64,000 nucleotides of DNA from Bacillota bacterium (GCA_023459875.1 JAEWRY010000028.1:1-64000), one strand, 5' to 3'. Counted from the stretch's first letter, positions 26,246 through 36,547 are shown. Notes: generated by a model not told the origin, from the sequence alone. Program-made: numbers and translations.

Positions 26246-27199
26246 ATGACGCTTCAGAATAGGGGAAAGCTCTCCGAGTTTTTCAGGAAGAATATTTCCT
26301 TCCTGGCCTTCGTCATTCTGTTTTTCGCGTTTTCGGTCACGGTGCCGGATAAATTCCTGACCAGTTCCAACCTTCTGACTTTTCTCGGCAGCTCCATGGA
26401 TGTGCTGGTGGTCGCCATGGGCGGCACCTTCATCATCCTGCTGGGCAGCATCGACCTGTCCGCGGGCTCCATGGTGGCGCTGTGCGGCGTCATCGCGGCC
26501 AAGCTTTTCGTTTCCACCGGGAACCTGTTTGTCTCCGTCGCCGTCACCTGCCTCTTCTCCTGTGCGGTCTATGCCCTTCAGGGGACCCTGCACGCCTTTT
26601 TGAAGGTCCCGACCTTCATCGTGACCCTGGCCTTTCTCTCTATCGCCAGAGCCTGCGCCACCCTGCTCAGCGGAGGCGTAAACACCAGTGTGCCCTACAG
26701 CTCCCCCTTCAAGACCATATTCGGCCTGCGGCCCTGGACCCTCTTCATCGGCTTCGGTATTTTCTTCTTCTGCCTGTTCCTCGAAAAGTACACGGTCTTC
26801 GGGCGCTTCACCAAGCTCACCGGAGGCGACGAGGTGGTCGCCCAGCTGAGCGGCCTTAACGTCAATAAAATAAAGATCATGGTTTACGCCTTTGCCGGAG
26901 TCATGACGGGACTGGGCGCCTGCCTCATGGCCGGGCGGATCGGCTCCGGCTCCCCCTCCATCGGGGACGGCTACGAGCTCACCATCATCTCCTCAGTGGT
27001 ACTGGGCGGCACCTCCCAGCGGGGCGGCGTGGGCAGCGTCGTGGGTACGCTGGTGGGCTGCGTCACCCTCAAACTGCTGGCAAACGGCCTTGTCATCTGG
27101 GGCATGTCCTCGGAGGTCCAGAAGCTCATTACGGGCGCCATTCTGATCCTCGCCGTGTTCGTCTCCCAGGAGCGCAGGAAAAATATGATTGTGAAGTAA
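26246..27199 (+). CDS. Sugar ABC transporter permease (RbsC-like).
   Basis: Internal ATG with AAAGGA RBS. About 9 TM segments. ORF 25934.. extended spuriously upstream. Confidence 0.85.
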   Translation: MTLQNRGKLSEFFRKNISFLAFVILFFAFSVTVPDKFLTSSNLLTFLGSSMDVLVVAMGGTFIILLGSIDLSAGSMVALCGVIAAKLFVSTGNLFVSVAVTCLFSCAVYALQGTLHAFLKVPTFIVTLAFLSIARACATLLSGGVNTSVPYSSPFKTIFGLRPWTLFIGFGIFFFCLFLEKYTVFGRFTKLTGGDEVVAQLSGLNVNKIKIMVYAFAGVMTGLGACLMAGRIGSGSPSIGDGYELTIISSVVLGGTSQRGGVGSVVGTLVGCVTLKLLANGLVIWGMSSEVQKLITGAILILAVFVSQERRKNMIVK

Positions 27200-27210
27200 G
27201 GTGTGAAGAG

Positions 27211-27834
27211 ATGCTGACGGACGAAGAGATCATTGCTTGCTGCAAAGAGCAGATGATAAAAGAGGCCCAGGCGCTCGCGCGTGTGGCGGAGCAGGCGGAC
27301 GGGGCCTACGCGGAAGCTTGCCGGGCGATTCTCGGCTGCCGTGGCCGCGTAATCGTCACCGGCTTGGGCAAGACCGGTCACGTGGGCAGAAAGCTTGCCG
27401 CCACCATGGCGAGCCTCGGCATCCCCGCCTTTTTCGTGCACAGCGCCGAGTCCCTCCACGGGGACATGGGCATGATCACAAAGGACGATCTCGTGATCCT
27501 CATCTCGAACAGCGGCAAGTCCCAGGAGATTTTAAACATGCTCACGCCGATTAAAATCATCGGGGCGAAGACCGTTTCCATCACCCGGGACAGAGAGTCT
27601 CCTCTGGCCGCCGCCGCAGATATCAAAATCCTCTGCGACGCGGGGGAGGAAATCGACCACTTGGGTCTTGCCCCCACCGCCAGCTCCACCGCCGCCCTGG
27701 CGGTGGGGGACGCGCTCGCCACCGTGGTTTGCCGGATGAAGGGGTTTCACAAGCAGGACTTCGCCCTGTTCCATCCGGGCGGTGCGCTGGGCCAGGCGCT
27801 CATGAGGGAATATCTGGAGAGGACAATCAAATAA
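27211..27834 (+). CDS. SIS-domain sugar-phosphate isomerase family protein.
   Basis: VIVTGLGKTGHVGRKLAATMASLG...ISNSGKS, the SIS signature. Confidence 0.8.
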   Translation: MLTDEEIIACCKEQMIKEAQALARVAEQADGAYAEACRAILGCRGRVIVTGLGKTGHVGRKLAATMASLGIPAFFVHSAESLHGDMGMITKDDLVILISNSGKSQEILNMLTPIKIIGAKTVSITRDRESPLAAAADIKILCDAGEEIDHLGLAPTASSTAALAVGDALATVVCRMKGFHKQDFALFHPGGALGQALMREYLERTIK

Positions 27835-27881
27835 GAAAAAGCGGTTGTCGCAAGACGGCCCCTTTGCCAAAGGAGTTCGTT

Positions 27882-29057
27882 ATGACCGCGGTGCAGAAAA
27901 AACGCCTGACCGCAGCCCTGTGCGCCATGATGTTCGCGGGGGCCTGCTGCAACATGACCCAGGGCGCGCTGCTGACCGATTTTATCGGTCACTACGTCCT
28001 GGTGTCCGCCCGTCAGGGCGCGGTCAGTTCCTTCCAGACGGCGGGCAATATCGCCTCGCTGCTCCTCGTCGGTTTTCTCCTGGGCAGGCTGCGGAAGTAC
28101 TGTCTGCTGGCCGTTTCCGCCGTGGTCATTCCCAGCGTGTTCTTTCTCATGGGGATAAAGCCTGCTTTTGCCGCGCTGCTGCTTTTGTACTTTTTTTACG
28201 GAGCGGCCTTCGGCTTCGTGGACACTCTGGCTTCCTCGGTGATGGTCGACCTGCACCCCGACGGTTCCGGACGCTTCCTCAACCTCATTCACGGCGTCTA
28301 TGGGGTCGGCGCACTCTGCGCTCCCGCTGTCCTCCAGCTTTTGAGCGAAGCGGGGGTGGAGTGGAATATCCTTCTGGTCTGCTGCGGCGCCCTGGCGCTT
28401 GCCTCCGGTTTTCTTTATCTCTCCAGCGCCGTTCCGGTCCTGCGAATTAAAAGGAATGCTCCTGAAAACGCCGGGAAGCTGCGGCTGGGGGACATCAAAA
28501 AATACCTCTCCTCGCCCCCACGGCGCATCCTGCTTTTCTGCGCCGTGCTCTACGGGGCGCATCAAATCGGCGTTACCGTCTGGGTGAATCGCTATATTTC
28601 GGAGTACCTCGGCTCTCCCCGCTGGGGCGCCGCGGCATTGTCCTTCTTCTGGCTCGGGATCGCGTCCTCCCGCCTGGCGGTGATGAAACTGCGTTTTGAG
28701 CCGAGAAAGATCCTTCGGTACGGCTATCTTTTTTCCGGACTGTTCCTCCTTGCGGGCGTGGTGGCGGCGAGGGGGCCCCTCATGGCGGTGTGCACCCTCC
28801 TCGCCGGGGCTGCCGAGGGTCCCACCCTGCCCATCGCCCTGGACCTCGCCTGCCGGCGGGAACCTCAGAACACCTCCTTCGGCAGCACCATGCTGCTCCT
28901 GGGGCACAATCTGGGGCTGGTGGCCGCGCCGCCGGCCATGGCTTTTCTCATTTCAAACGTGAGCCCCGCCTGCGGAATGCTGCTGCCGGTTATCACCGCA
29001 CTGCTGGCCTCTGTATTTGCCTGCAGACTGCCGGTATCGGCGGAGGATAAAACATGA
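27882..29057 (+). CDS. MFS transporter.
   Basis: Internal ATG with AAAGGAG RBS. 12 predicted TM segments. Confidence 0.8.
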   Translation: MTAVQKKRLTAALCAMMFAGACCNMTQGALLTDFIGHYVLVSARQGAVSSFQTAGNIASLLLVGFLLGRLRKYCLLAVSAVVIPSVFFLMGIKPAFAALLLLYFFYGAAFGFVDTLASSVMVDLHPDGSGRFLNLIHGVYGVGALCAPAVLQLLSEAGVEWNILLVCCGALALASGFLYLSSAVPVLRIKRNAPENAGKLRLGDIKKYLSSPPRRILLFCAVLYGAHQIGVTVWVNRYISEYLGSPRWGAAALSFFWLGIASSRLAVMKLRFEPRKILRYGYLFSGLFLLAGVVAARGPLMAVCTLLAGAAEGPTLPIALDLACRREPQNTSFGSTMLLLGHNLGLVAAPPAMAFLISNVSPACGMLLPVITALLASVFACRLPVSAEDKT

Positions 29058-29479
29058 AGAGCACCGGGTCGGGCCAGACTTCCCCAAAACCCCTGTTAAA
29101 GGGATTCCACCATGCCGCCATTGTGTGCCGGGATTATAAAGAGGCAGTTGACTTTTACGTAAATAAACTTGGCCTTCGCCTTTACAGGGAGACATATGAC
29201 GCCGAGAAAAACAGGCTCAAGCTGGAGCTGTGGCTGGAGGAGCGCTATCTGCTGGAGATTTTCATCATGCCCGACGCGCCTGAGGGCGAGAACAATAGGA
29301 TCACCCGTGCCGGTCATGATCACCTCTCTTTTTTGGCCGAGGACGTCGTTGCCGCCGCGGCGCGCCTCAGGGAGATGGGCGTTCAAACAACGGAAGTCTT
29401 GAAGGATAAAAGCACCGGGAAAAACTACGCTTTTTTCTTTGGCCCCCACGGCCAGAAACTGGAGCTCTATCAGGAATAG
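29054..29479 (+). CDS. VOC/glyoxalase-family protein.
   Basis: Glyoxalase-fold pattern HHAAIVCRDYKEAVDFY...GHDHLSF. Confidence 0.7.
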   Translation: MKSTGSGQTSPKPLLKGFHHAAIVCRDYKEAVDFYVNKLGLRLYRETYDAEKNRLKLELWLEERYLLEIFIMPDAPEGENNRITRAGHDHLSFLAEDVVAAAARLREMGVQTTEVLKDKSTGKNYAFFFGPHGQKLELYQE

Positions 29480-29600
29480 AAAGTGGTGGCCAGTGTTCTA
29501 ATGGAAAACGTCCGAATAAAAGCGCTATCCTAAACGCGGCAAAGAATCTCGTGATATCCGGGCCGCTGAGAGCGGGTCTGCGGTATCGGAATGACAGCTT

Positions 29601-29634
29601 AAGAGGGTGTCTCATACACATGAGACACCCTCTT
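29601..29634. terminator. Perfect 15-bp hairpin between convergent genes (putative terminator).
   Basis: AAGAGGGTGTCTCAT-acac-ATGAGACACCCTCTT. Flanking U-tracts are weak on both strands. Confidence 0.45.
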
Positions 29635-29660
29635 TATGAACTCAGCTGTTTACGGATCGT

Positions 29661-30152
29661 TTATCTCGCACAGTCGGCGCTGCCCTCGCTCCTGAGCATG
29701 TCAAGCCCGTGCGTCAGCGCGCCGATGGCGTAGGTGAGGTTTTCCGCAACCGCCTTAGGGCTGCCGGGAAGATTGACGATCAGCGTCCGTTTGCGAATGA
29801 CTGAAACGGCCCGGGAGAGCATGGAGCGGTCGGAGTATTTGAGACTGTATATCCGCATGGCCTCGGGAATGCCGGGCACAACGCGCTCGCCGATGGCGAG
29901 AGTGGCCTCCGGCATGCAGTCCCGGGGGGAAAAGCCCGTGCCGCCGGTGGTTAAGATAAGGTCGGCCTCGCCGCTGTCGCAGATGTGCTCCATTTCCGCG
30001 CTGAGCATTTCCTTTTTGTCAGGCAGGATCACGCGGCTTACCACCTGAAAACCGGCTTCCTCCGCGATCTTCTGGACTGCGGGGCCGCTCAGGTCCTCGC
30101 GTTCCCCGGCGTAGCCCCTGTCGCTGGCTGTGATGATGGCAACAGTGTACAT
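29661..30152 (-). CDS. mogA: Molybdopterin adenylyltransferase MogA/MoaB.
   Basis: ...IITASDRG...GGTGFSPRD. GAAGGGAG RBS. Confidence 0.85.
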   Translation of the reverse strand: MYTVAIITASDRGYAGEREDLSGPAVQKIAEEAGFQVVSRVILPDKKEMLSAEMEHICDSGEADLILTTGGTGFSPRDCMPEATLAIGERVVPGIPEAMRIYSLKYSDRSMLSRAVSVIRKRTLIVNLPGSPKAVAENLTYAIGALTHGLDMLRSEGSADCAR

Positions 30153-30595
30153 TTCAGATCGCTCCCTTCGTAAATTACGATGCTGTCTCCCACGCGCAGA
30201 GTGCCGCCCCGCAAAACCCGGCAGAACACCCCTTCCCGGGGCATGATGCAGTCGCCCATCGCCTCAAAAATAGTGCAGCCGTGATGGCATTCCTTCCCAA
30301 TCTGAGTCAGTTCCAGAAGGGCCTCGCCGCTCCGAAGGCGGGTGCCCAGGGGGAGGCTTTTCAGATCAATGCCCTCCACTACGAGGTTTTCGCCGAAGGC
30401 GCCGTCCTCCACCCTGGCGCCCCGCGCGCGGAACTCATCAATTTTGTCCAGACTCAGCAGGCTTACCTGCCGGTGCCAGTCGCCGGCGTGGGCGTCGCCA
30501 CGGATGCCATAGCCGCTCACAAGCTCGGCCTCAGAAACCGAATGCTTGGAGGTGCCCCGGGCTTCGCTCACGCAGATCGCCGCAATTTTACCCAT
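30089..30595 (-). CDS. MOSC-domain protein (YiiM-like). Its 3' end overlaps mogA by 64 nt.
   Basis: MOSC beta-barrel pattern. ATG at 30595. Confidence 0.65.
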   Translation of the reverse strand: MGKIAAICVSEARGTSKHSVSEAELVSGYGIRGDAHAGDWHRQVSLLSLDKIDEFRARGARVEDGAFGENLVVEGIDLKSLPLGTRLRSGEALLELTQIGKECHHGCTIFEAMGDCIMPREGVFCRVLRGGTLRVGDSIVIYEGSDLKCTLLPSSQPATGATPGNART

Positions 30596-30596
30596 C

Positions 30597-31574
30597 CTAG
30601 CCACCTATCTCGTTCATGGTTTTCTGTTCGGTATGCTCCGCCGCGCTGTCCCCGAAACGGTGCCCGGCGGGCTTTTCCGTTACTGTTTCCCGAATCAGCC
30701 TACTCAGAGCCTCGTCCCCGCAGCCCGACCGCAGGGGAGCACGCAGGTCGCAGCCGGTGTCGTAATAAAGGCAGGGCTTCAGAAGCCCGTCGGACGTGAG
30801 CCGAACCCGGTTGCAGGAGGCGCAGAACGCGTGGCTTAGCGCGCCAATCAGGCCGATCTTTCCAAAAAAACCGGGAAAGCTGTAATAACCGGCGGGACCG
30901 CTGCCCAGCATTTCTTCCGAGCGCAGGGGAGTCCCGAATTCTTCCGTCAGCCTCGCCAGAACCTCCCTGCCGCTTACCGGGCTGTACTCCTTTCCGAGTC
31001 CGATGGGCATCAGTTCGATGAAGCGCACGCTCAGATCCCGGTCCCGGGCCAGGGAGGCGAGGGGGAGGATTTCATCGTCGTTTACCCCGCGCATCAGCAC
31101 CGAATTGATTTTCAGCGGACGAACCCCGGTGGAATAAGCGGCGTCGATGCCGCGAAGAGCCCGGTAGAGTTCGTCTTTCCGGGTGACGCAGGAGTATTTT
31201 TCGGGGCTCAGCGTATCAAGGCTGACGTTGATGCCGTCGATCCCGGCTTCCAGCAGCGCGGGAAGCTCTTGTTCCAGGAGCACCCCGTTGGTGGTGAGCG
31301 ACACCCGCTCGATGCCGTCAAGCCTCTTCGCCTGCGCGATCAAGCCGGCCGCGCCCCTGCGCACCAGCGGTTCCCCGCCGCTGACCCGAAGGTGCTTCAC
31401 TCCGAGACCTGCCATGATGCGGCAAACACGCAGAATTTCCTCGTAGGTCAGAATCTGTTCATGCTTAAGCCGCGCCACACCGTCCTCCGGCATACAGTAG
31501 ACGCACCGGAGGTTGCAGCGGTCGGTGATGGAGATACGCAGATAGTCGATGGTCCTGCCAAAACGGTCGGTCAT
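30597..31574 (-). CDS. moaA: GTP 3',8-cyclase MoaA (radical SAM).
   Basis: CNLRCVYC radical-SAM cluster. C-terminal second Cys cluster. Confidence 0.9.
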   Translation of the reverse strand: MTDRFGRTIDYLRISITDRCNLRCVYCMPEDGVARLKHEQILTYEEILRVCRIMAGLGVKHLRVSGGEPLVRRGAAGLIAQAKRLDGIERVSLTTNGVLLEQELPALLEAGIDGINVSLDTLSPEKYSCVTRKDELYRALRGIDAAYSTGVRPLKINSVLMRGVNDDEILPLASLARDRDLSVRFIELMPIGLGKEYSPVSGREVLARLTEEFGTPLRSEEMLGSGPAGYYSFPGFFGKIGLIGALSHAFCASCNRVRLTSDGLLKPCLYYDTGCDLRAPLRSGCGDEALSRLIRETVTEKPAGHRFGDSAAEHTEQKTMNEIGG

Positions 31575-31575
31575 A

Positions 31576-32061
31576 TCAGGACTCCCGGACATAGACGCCG
31601 GATTTTCCGCCGCTCTTCTTCTGCAGATGGATTGCGGTGATCTCCATGCCGCGGTCCGCGGCCTTCACCATGTCGTAAACGGTGAGAAGCGCCGCCGAAA
31701 CGCCGGTGAGCGCCTCCATCTCCGCGCCGGTCCGGGCGTTCACATGCACCGAACAGACCGCTTCGATTTCGCCCAGTTCCTCGTGCAGGATAAAATAAAG
31801 CTCACAGCCGTCCAGCGAGATGGGGTGCGAGAGCGGAATGAGGTCGCTGGTCTTTTTCGCCGCCATGATCCCAGCGATCCGGGCGATGCCCAGAACGTCC
31901 CCTTTTTTTGCCGAGCCGCTTTTCACCATCTGGAAGGCTGCGTTCTGCATCCTGATGCGCCCCGAGGCGACCGCCTCCCGGTCGGTGATGTCCTTAAGTC
32001 CTACGTCCACCATATGCGCCTCGCCCGCCTCGTTAAAATGATTCATACGGTTTTCCATCAT
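31576..32061 (-). CDS. moaC: Cyclic pyranopterin monophosphate synthase MoaC.
   Basis: MoaC family throughout the 161 aa. Confidence 0.9.
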   Translation of the reverse strand: MMENRMNHFNEAGEAHMVDVGLKDITDREAVASGRIRMQNAAFQMVKSGSAKKGDVLGIARIAGIMAAKKTSDLIPLSHPISLDGCELYFILHEELGEIEAVCSVHVNARTGAEMEALTGVSAALLTVYDMVKAADRGMEITAIHLQKKSGGKSGVYVRES

Positions 32062-32191
32062 TTTATCTCCTTTATCCTTGCAGAAGCATAATTCTCCCTA
32101 TAATATATACTTGATGGCGCACTGAATCAAGGGTTCCCACATCCAGATATAAAATTTGCGCTTCTGATGCATTATGACGGGAGGAATCAAA

Positions 32192-32539
32192 ATGTATGCG
32201 AAAATCCGCATTACCCTGAGAAACGACGACTGCGAGCACGAAGGACACGGGTTCGGACGAGGCATCGAGCTGCTGCTGGCGGGCGTGGAGCGCCACGGGT
32301 CCCTGAACCGGGCCGCCAAGGAGATGGGCATGGCGTACAGCAAGGCGTGGCGCATCATCAAGCAGGCGGAGGAGGAATTCCATATTGGGCTTTTAAACCG
32401 GGACGGCCCCCACGGCTCCACCCTCACCGAGGAAGGAAGCGTACTTTTCGCGCATTACAGGGAAATGCTCTCGGCGGCCGAGCAGGCGGCGGGGGCGGTA
32501 TTTGATCAATATTACAAACGCGACTGCAGAGAAGACTAA
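32192..32539 (+). CDS. ModE-N-terminal-like (LysR-type HTH) small regulator, putative molybdate-responsive.
   Basis: ...SLNRAAKEMGMAYSKAWRIIKQAEE... winged HTH. GGGAGG RBS. Divergent from moaC and upstream of modABC. Confidence 0.6.
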   Translation: MYAKIRITLRNDDCEHEGHGFGRGIELLLAGVERHGSLNRAAKEMGMAYSKAWRIIKQAEEEFHIGLLNRDGPHGSTLTEEGSVLFAHYREMLSAAEQAAGAVFDQYYKRDCRED

Positions 32540-32620
32540 AGGACCGGGAAAGTCTTCCTCAGTTCTTATTGACATATTATTCTCGCATGAGTATAATTCA
32601 AGAAAACAGGGGGTAAGAGT

Positions 32621-33643
32621 TTGAAACTCATAGCGACCAAAGACGCGGTGGGGCATGTGCTCTGCCATGATATTACCCAGATCATCCGCGCTCAGACGAA
32701 GGACGCCCGCTTCCGCAAGGGGCATATCGTGACCGAGGAGGATATCCCCGTTCTGCTGTCCCTGGGCAAGGATTCCCTGTATGTCTGGGAGAATCGTCCC
32801 GGCATCCTTCACGAGGACGAAGCGGCTGAGATCCTGTGGAACATGCTCAAAGCCGAACATATCCGCCCTTCCGCGGTTAAGGAAGGCAAAATAGACGCAT
32901 TCGCGGAAATGGACGGCCTTCTGAAGACGGATAAAGAGCGCATCCGCCTGGTAAACAGTCTGGGTGAAATGATGATCGCCGTCCGGCACGGCAACACCCA
33001 GGTCTTGGCCGGAGACAAGCTGGGCGGCACCCGTATCATCCCGCTGGTCATCGAGGAGGCCAGGATGAAGAAAGCGGCTGAGCTGGCGGGACCGGAACCG
33101 CTGCTGCGGATACTGCCCTATGAGATCAAAAATGTCGGGGTGATCACCACCGGCAACGAGGTGTATCACAGCCGCATCGAGGACACCTTCACCCCGGTGA
33201 TCGAGGAGAAGATCGGGTATTTCGGCGCAAAGATGACGCAGCACGTCATTCTGGACGACGACGATAAAAAAATCACCGAGGCCATTAGAAATATGGCCTC
33301 TTCCGGCGCGGAGCTGATCCTTTGCACCGGGGGCATGAGCGTGGACCCCGACGACAGGACCCCCCTTGCCATCAAAAACAGCGGCGCGCGGATCGTGAGC
33401 TACGGCTCCCCCGTACTGCCGGGCGCCATGTTCCTTTTGTCCTATCTGGGCGAAATCCCCGTCCTGGGCCTTCCCGGCTGCGTGATGTACGCCCGGCGCA
33501 CCATATTTGATATCGTCCTGCCCCGCATCCTGGCACGGGACCCCATCACCGCGACCGAGCTTTCGCGGCTTGGCGAGGGCGGATTGTGCCTGGACTGCGG
33601 GACCTGCGTTTTCCCCAACTGCGGCTTCGGCAAGGGCTGGTGA
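32621..33643 (+). CDS. MoeA-like molybdopterin-binding (MoCF-biosynthesis domain) protein; TTG start.
   Basis: ELILCTGGMSVDPDDRT (GGT/MS motif) and GLPGCVMY (GLPGNP-like). AGGGGG RBS then TTG. Confidence 0.55.
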   Translation: MKLIATKDAVGHVLCHDITQIIRAQTKDARFRKGHIVTEEDIPVLLSLGKDSLYVWENRPGILHEDEAAEILWNMLKAEHIRPSAVKEGKIDAFAEMDGLLKTDKERIRLVNSLGEMMIAVRHGNTQVLAGDKLGGTRIIPLVIEEARMKKAAELAGPEPLLRILPYEIKNVGVITTGNEVYHSRIEDTFTPVIEEKIGYFGAKMTQHVILDDDDKKITEAIRNMASSGAELILCTGGMSVDPDDRTPLAIKNSGARIVSYGSPVLPGAMFLLSYLGEIPVLGLPGCVMYARRTIFDIVLPRILARDPITATELSRLGEGGLCLDCGTCVFPNCGFGKGW

Positions 33644-33738
33644 TCAGGCGCAGTCATGGTGCGTATCGGCCGCGCTTGGAAAATCAAAGATAGCGGCGTT
33701 TGCCGTACTATAAATTTACCAGACAGGAAGGATGCGCC

Positions 33739-34572
33739 ATGAAAAAACTGCTTGCTTTGTCCCTTGCCCTGAGTATGCTCCTCACCATTACCGCCTGCTC
33801 CTCTTCCCAGCCCGTCCAGACTGCGGCCCCGTCACCCTCGGCGTCGCCCTCGGCCACCGCCGCCCAGCATGAGGCGGTCACCCTCACCATCGCCGCCGCC
33901 GCTTCCCTGGAAAAAACCTTTACCGACAAGCTGATTCCCGCCTTCGAGGCCAAGTATGATTATATTACAGTGGAGGGGACCTACGACAGCTCCGGCAAGC
34001 TGCAGACGCAGATTGAGGCGGGTCTTGCCGCCGACGTCTTCCTGTCCGCAGCCACAAAACAGATGACCGCCCTGACGGATGAAAAGCTGGTTGACAAGGA
34101 CAGCGTCGTGCAGCTTCTGCAAAACAAAATTGTCCTCATTGAGCCGTCCTCGAAAGCTTCCGGAATTACGAGCTTCCAGGATGTCCCGAGCGCCAAAGCC
34201 ATCGCCATCGGCGATCCCGATTCTGTCCCGGCCGGCCAGTATGCCAAGGAAGTCTTCACCTCCCTGGGTATTTGGGATAAAGTATCCGCCAAGGCTTCCC
34301 TGGGCACCAACGTGACCGAGGTGCTTAACCAGGTCGGTGAAGGCAGCGCGGATGTGGGCGTGGTCTACGCCACCGACGCCGCCTCCACGGATGCCGTCAA
34401 GGTCATTGCCGAGGCCCCCGAAGGCTCCCTTGCTAAGCCGGTTATTTATCCGGTCGGCATTGTAACCGCCGCCAAGAACAAGGATACGGCCCAGCTTTTT
34501 GTCGATTTTCTGAAGAGCGACGAGGCGATGGCCATCTTCGAGGCCGCCGGTTTCACCTCAAATCTTAAGTAA
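33739..34572 (+). CDS. modA: Molybdate ABC transporter substrate-binding lipoprotein ModA.
   Basis: Lipobox LTITACSS. ModA-family pattern. AGGAAGGA RBS. Confidence 0.85.
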   Translation: MKKLLALSLALSMLLTITACSSSQPVQTAAPSPSASPSATAAQHEAVTLTIAAAASLEKTFTDKLIPAFEAKYDYITVEGTYDSSGKLQTQIEAGLAADVFLSAATKQMTALTDEKLVDKDSVVQLLQNKIVLIEPSSKASGITSFQDVPSAKAIAIGDPDSVPAGQYAKEVFTSLGIWDKVSAKASLGTNVTEVLNQVGEGSADVGVVYATDAASTDAVKVIAEAPEGSLAKPVIYPVGIVTAAKNKDTAQLFVDFLKSDEAMAIFEAAGFTSNLK

Positions 34573-34663
34573 ACTAAAAGATACAGAGGGCGGAGCTTGT
34601 CGCTCCGCCCTTTCCCGTATATAATAAGCTGTGAATTTCTTAAACGGAAGGAAGGCGAAGGGC

Positions 34664-35347
34664 ATGACCGTCGAAGCGTCCCCCATACTTATTTCCATGA
34701 GGACGGCGAGCCTTGCCATTCTCATCACCTTTTTTCTCGGCATCATGGCCGCCCGCGGCGTCATGGCGCTTCGCCCAGCCAGGCTGAGGGTGGTGCTGGA
34801 CAGCCTTCTCACGCTCCCGCTTGTTCTGCCGCCCACGGTGGCGGGCTTCTTTCTCCTCTATATTTTCGGGGTGAGACGCCCGGTGGGCAAGTTCCTGCTG
34901 GAATTTTTCGGCTGGAAAATCGCCTTTTCCTTCTCCGCCACGGTGCTGGCCGCCGTGGTCATCAGCTTCCCGCTGATGTACCGTTCCGCCCGCGCCGCTT
35001 TCGAGCAGGTGGATGAGAACCTGGTTTACGCCGCCCGTACCCTGGGCATGTCCGAATGGCGCATCTTCTGGCGCATTGTGATGCCCCTGGCGCGGCCCGG
35101 CGTGGCCGCCGGAGGGATTCTGGCCTTTGCCCGGGGCCTGGGGGAATTCGGGGCAACCGCGATGATCGCGGGGAACATCGCGGGGAAAACAAGAACGCTT
35201 CCGCTGGCCGTCTATTCCCAGGTGGCCGCGGGCAATATGGAGGCCGCCTACCAATATGTTGCCATTCTCGTGGCGGTCTGCTTCGCGGTGGTGGCGGCCA
35301 TGAGCTATTTCTCGGCCAAAGAAAACCGTTACCGGCAGAGGATGTAA
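34664..35347 (+). CDS. modB: Molybdate ABC transporter permease ModB.
   Basis: EAA-loop ARTLGMSEWRIFWRIVMPLARPG. Confidence 0.85.
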   Translation: MTVEASPILISMRTASLAILITFFLGIMAARGVMALRPARLRVVLDSLLTLPLVLPPTVAGFFLLYIFGVRRPVGKFLLEFFGWKIAFSFSATVLAAVVISFPLMYRSARAAFEQVDENLVYAARTLGMSEWRIFWRIVMPLARPGVAAGGILAFARGLGEFGATAMIAGNIAGKTRTLPLAVYSQVAAGNMEAAYQYVAILVAVCFAVVAAMSYFSAKENRYRQRM

Positions 35348-35348
35348 C

Positions 35349-36383
35349 ATGAGTCTGGAAATGAACGTCAAAAAGAAGCTGAGGGGCTTCAATCTGAACC
35401 TGGAATTTACGAATACGGAAGGGAAGTTGGGCCTTCTGGGAGCCTCGGGCTGCGGGAAGAGCATGACCCTCAAGTGCATCGCCGGGGTCGTGACGCCCGA
35501 TTCCGGCCGAATCGTGCTGAACGGCCGGGTGCTCTACGACAGCGACAGAAAGATCGACCTGCCCCCGCAGCGCAGAAAGGTCGGCTATCTTTTCCAGAAT
35601 TACGCGCTTTTCCCCCACCTGACGGTGAATGAGAACATTGCCTGCGGCCTTGCCTTATCCAAGGGGGAAGTGCGGCGCAATTCTCAGGTTGGCGAAATGG
35701 TCGGGCTCATGCATCTGGAAGGGCTGGAGGAGCGCTATCCCGGCGAGCTCTCCGGCGGGCAGCAGCAGCGGGTGGCGCTCGCCCGCATCTTGGTCTGCCG
35801 GCCGGAAATCCTCCTTCTGGACGAACCCTTCGCCGCCCTGGACGAATACCTCAAAGAAAAGCTGCAGCTTGAGCTTGCCGAGCTCATGCGCGGTTACGGC
35901 AGCAATGTTGTTCTGGTAACCCACAACAGGGACGAGGCCTACAAGCTCTGTGACAAGCTGGTGGTGATGGATAACGGCGGCATCATAGGACAGGGCGGCA
36001 CCGCCGAGCTGTTCGCCGACCCCGGACGGACCCAGACGGCAAGGCTCACCGGCTGCAAGAATATTTCCGCCGCCAGAAAGCGCGGGCCTTACCAGGTGGA
36101 AGCTCTCGAATGGGGAGTATCCCTCACCGCCGCCAAGCCGGTAAGCGATACCATCACCTCCGTTGGTATCCGGGCACACAGCTTTTATGCCGCTGAAGCA
36201 GGCGAGCCCAACGCCATGGCGGTCACCGTGACCGATCTGAACGACGGCCCCTTTGAACACAACGTCATTTTCAAGGCCTCCGGGAAGGAGAAGCTCTGGT
36301 GGAAGCTCCCCCGGGGCGCCGTCCTGGAAACGCCCGCCTATCTCGCCGTCTCGCCCGAAAACGTGCTGCTGCTGGAAGACTAA
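35349..36383 (+). CDS. modC: Molybdate ABC transporter ATPase ModC with C-terminal TOBE domain.
   Basis: Walker A GASGCGKS, signature LSGGQQQRV. Confidence 0.85.
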   Translation: MSLEMNVKKKLRGFNLNLEFTNTEGKLGLLGASGCGKSMTLKCIAGVVTPDSGRIVLNGRVLYDSDRKIDLPPQRRKVGYLFQNYALFPHLTVNENIACGLALSKGEVRRNSQVGEMVGLMHLEGLEERYPGELSGGQQQRVALARILVCRPEILLLDEPFAALDEYLKEKLQLELAELMRGYGSNVVLVTHNRDEAYKLCDKLVVMDNGGIIGQGGTAELFADPGRTQTARLTGCKNISAARKRGPYQVEALEWGVSLTAAKPVSDTITSVGIRAHSFYAAEAGEPNAMAVTVTDLNDGPFEHNVIFKASGKEKLWWKLPRGAVLETPAYLAVSPENVLLLED

Positions 36384-36547
36384 GCTTGCTGTTCCTTTTT
36401 GCAGCATAGGCTTTTTATTTTACGGTTTTATAAACAGGTGCTATATCCGGTGATATGGTGCCTGTTTTCTGGTACTTTGAGAGACCAGCGATATGAACTA
36501 AAACAGAGTTTCTTAAATTAATGAACCTCTTTTCTATGCGCATCTTG

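Noticed and set aside
30089-30152. 64-nt overlap between the MOSC gene 3' end and mogA. Possible frameshift or pseudogene.
   Set aside because: Both reading frames have good RBSs and complete domains. The overlap is tolerated in compact operons. Cannot be called a pseudogene without a reference.
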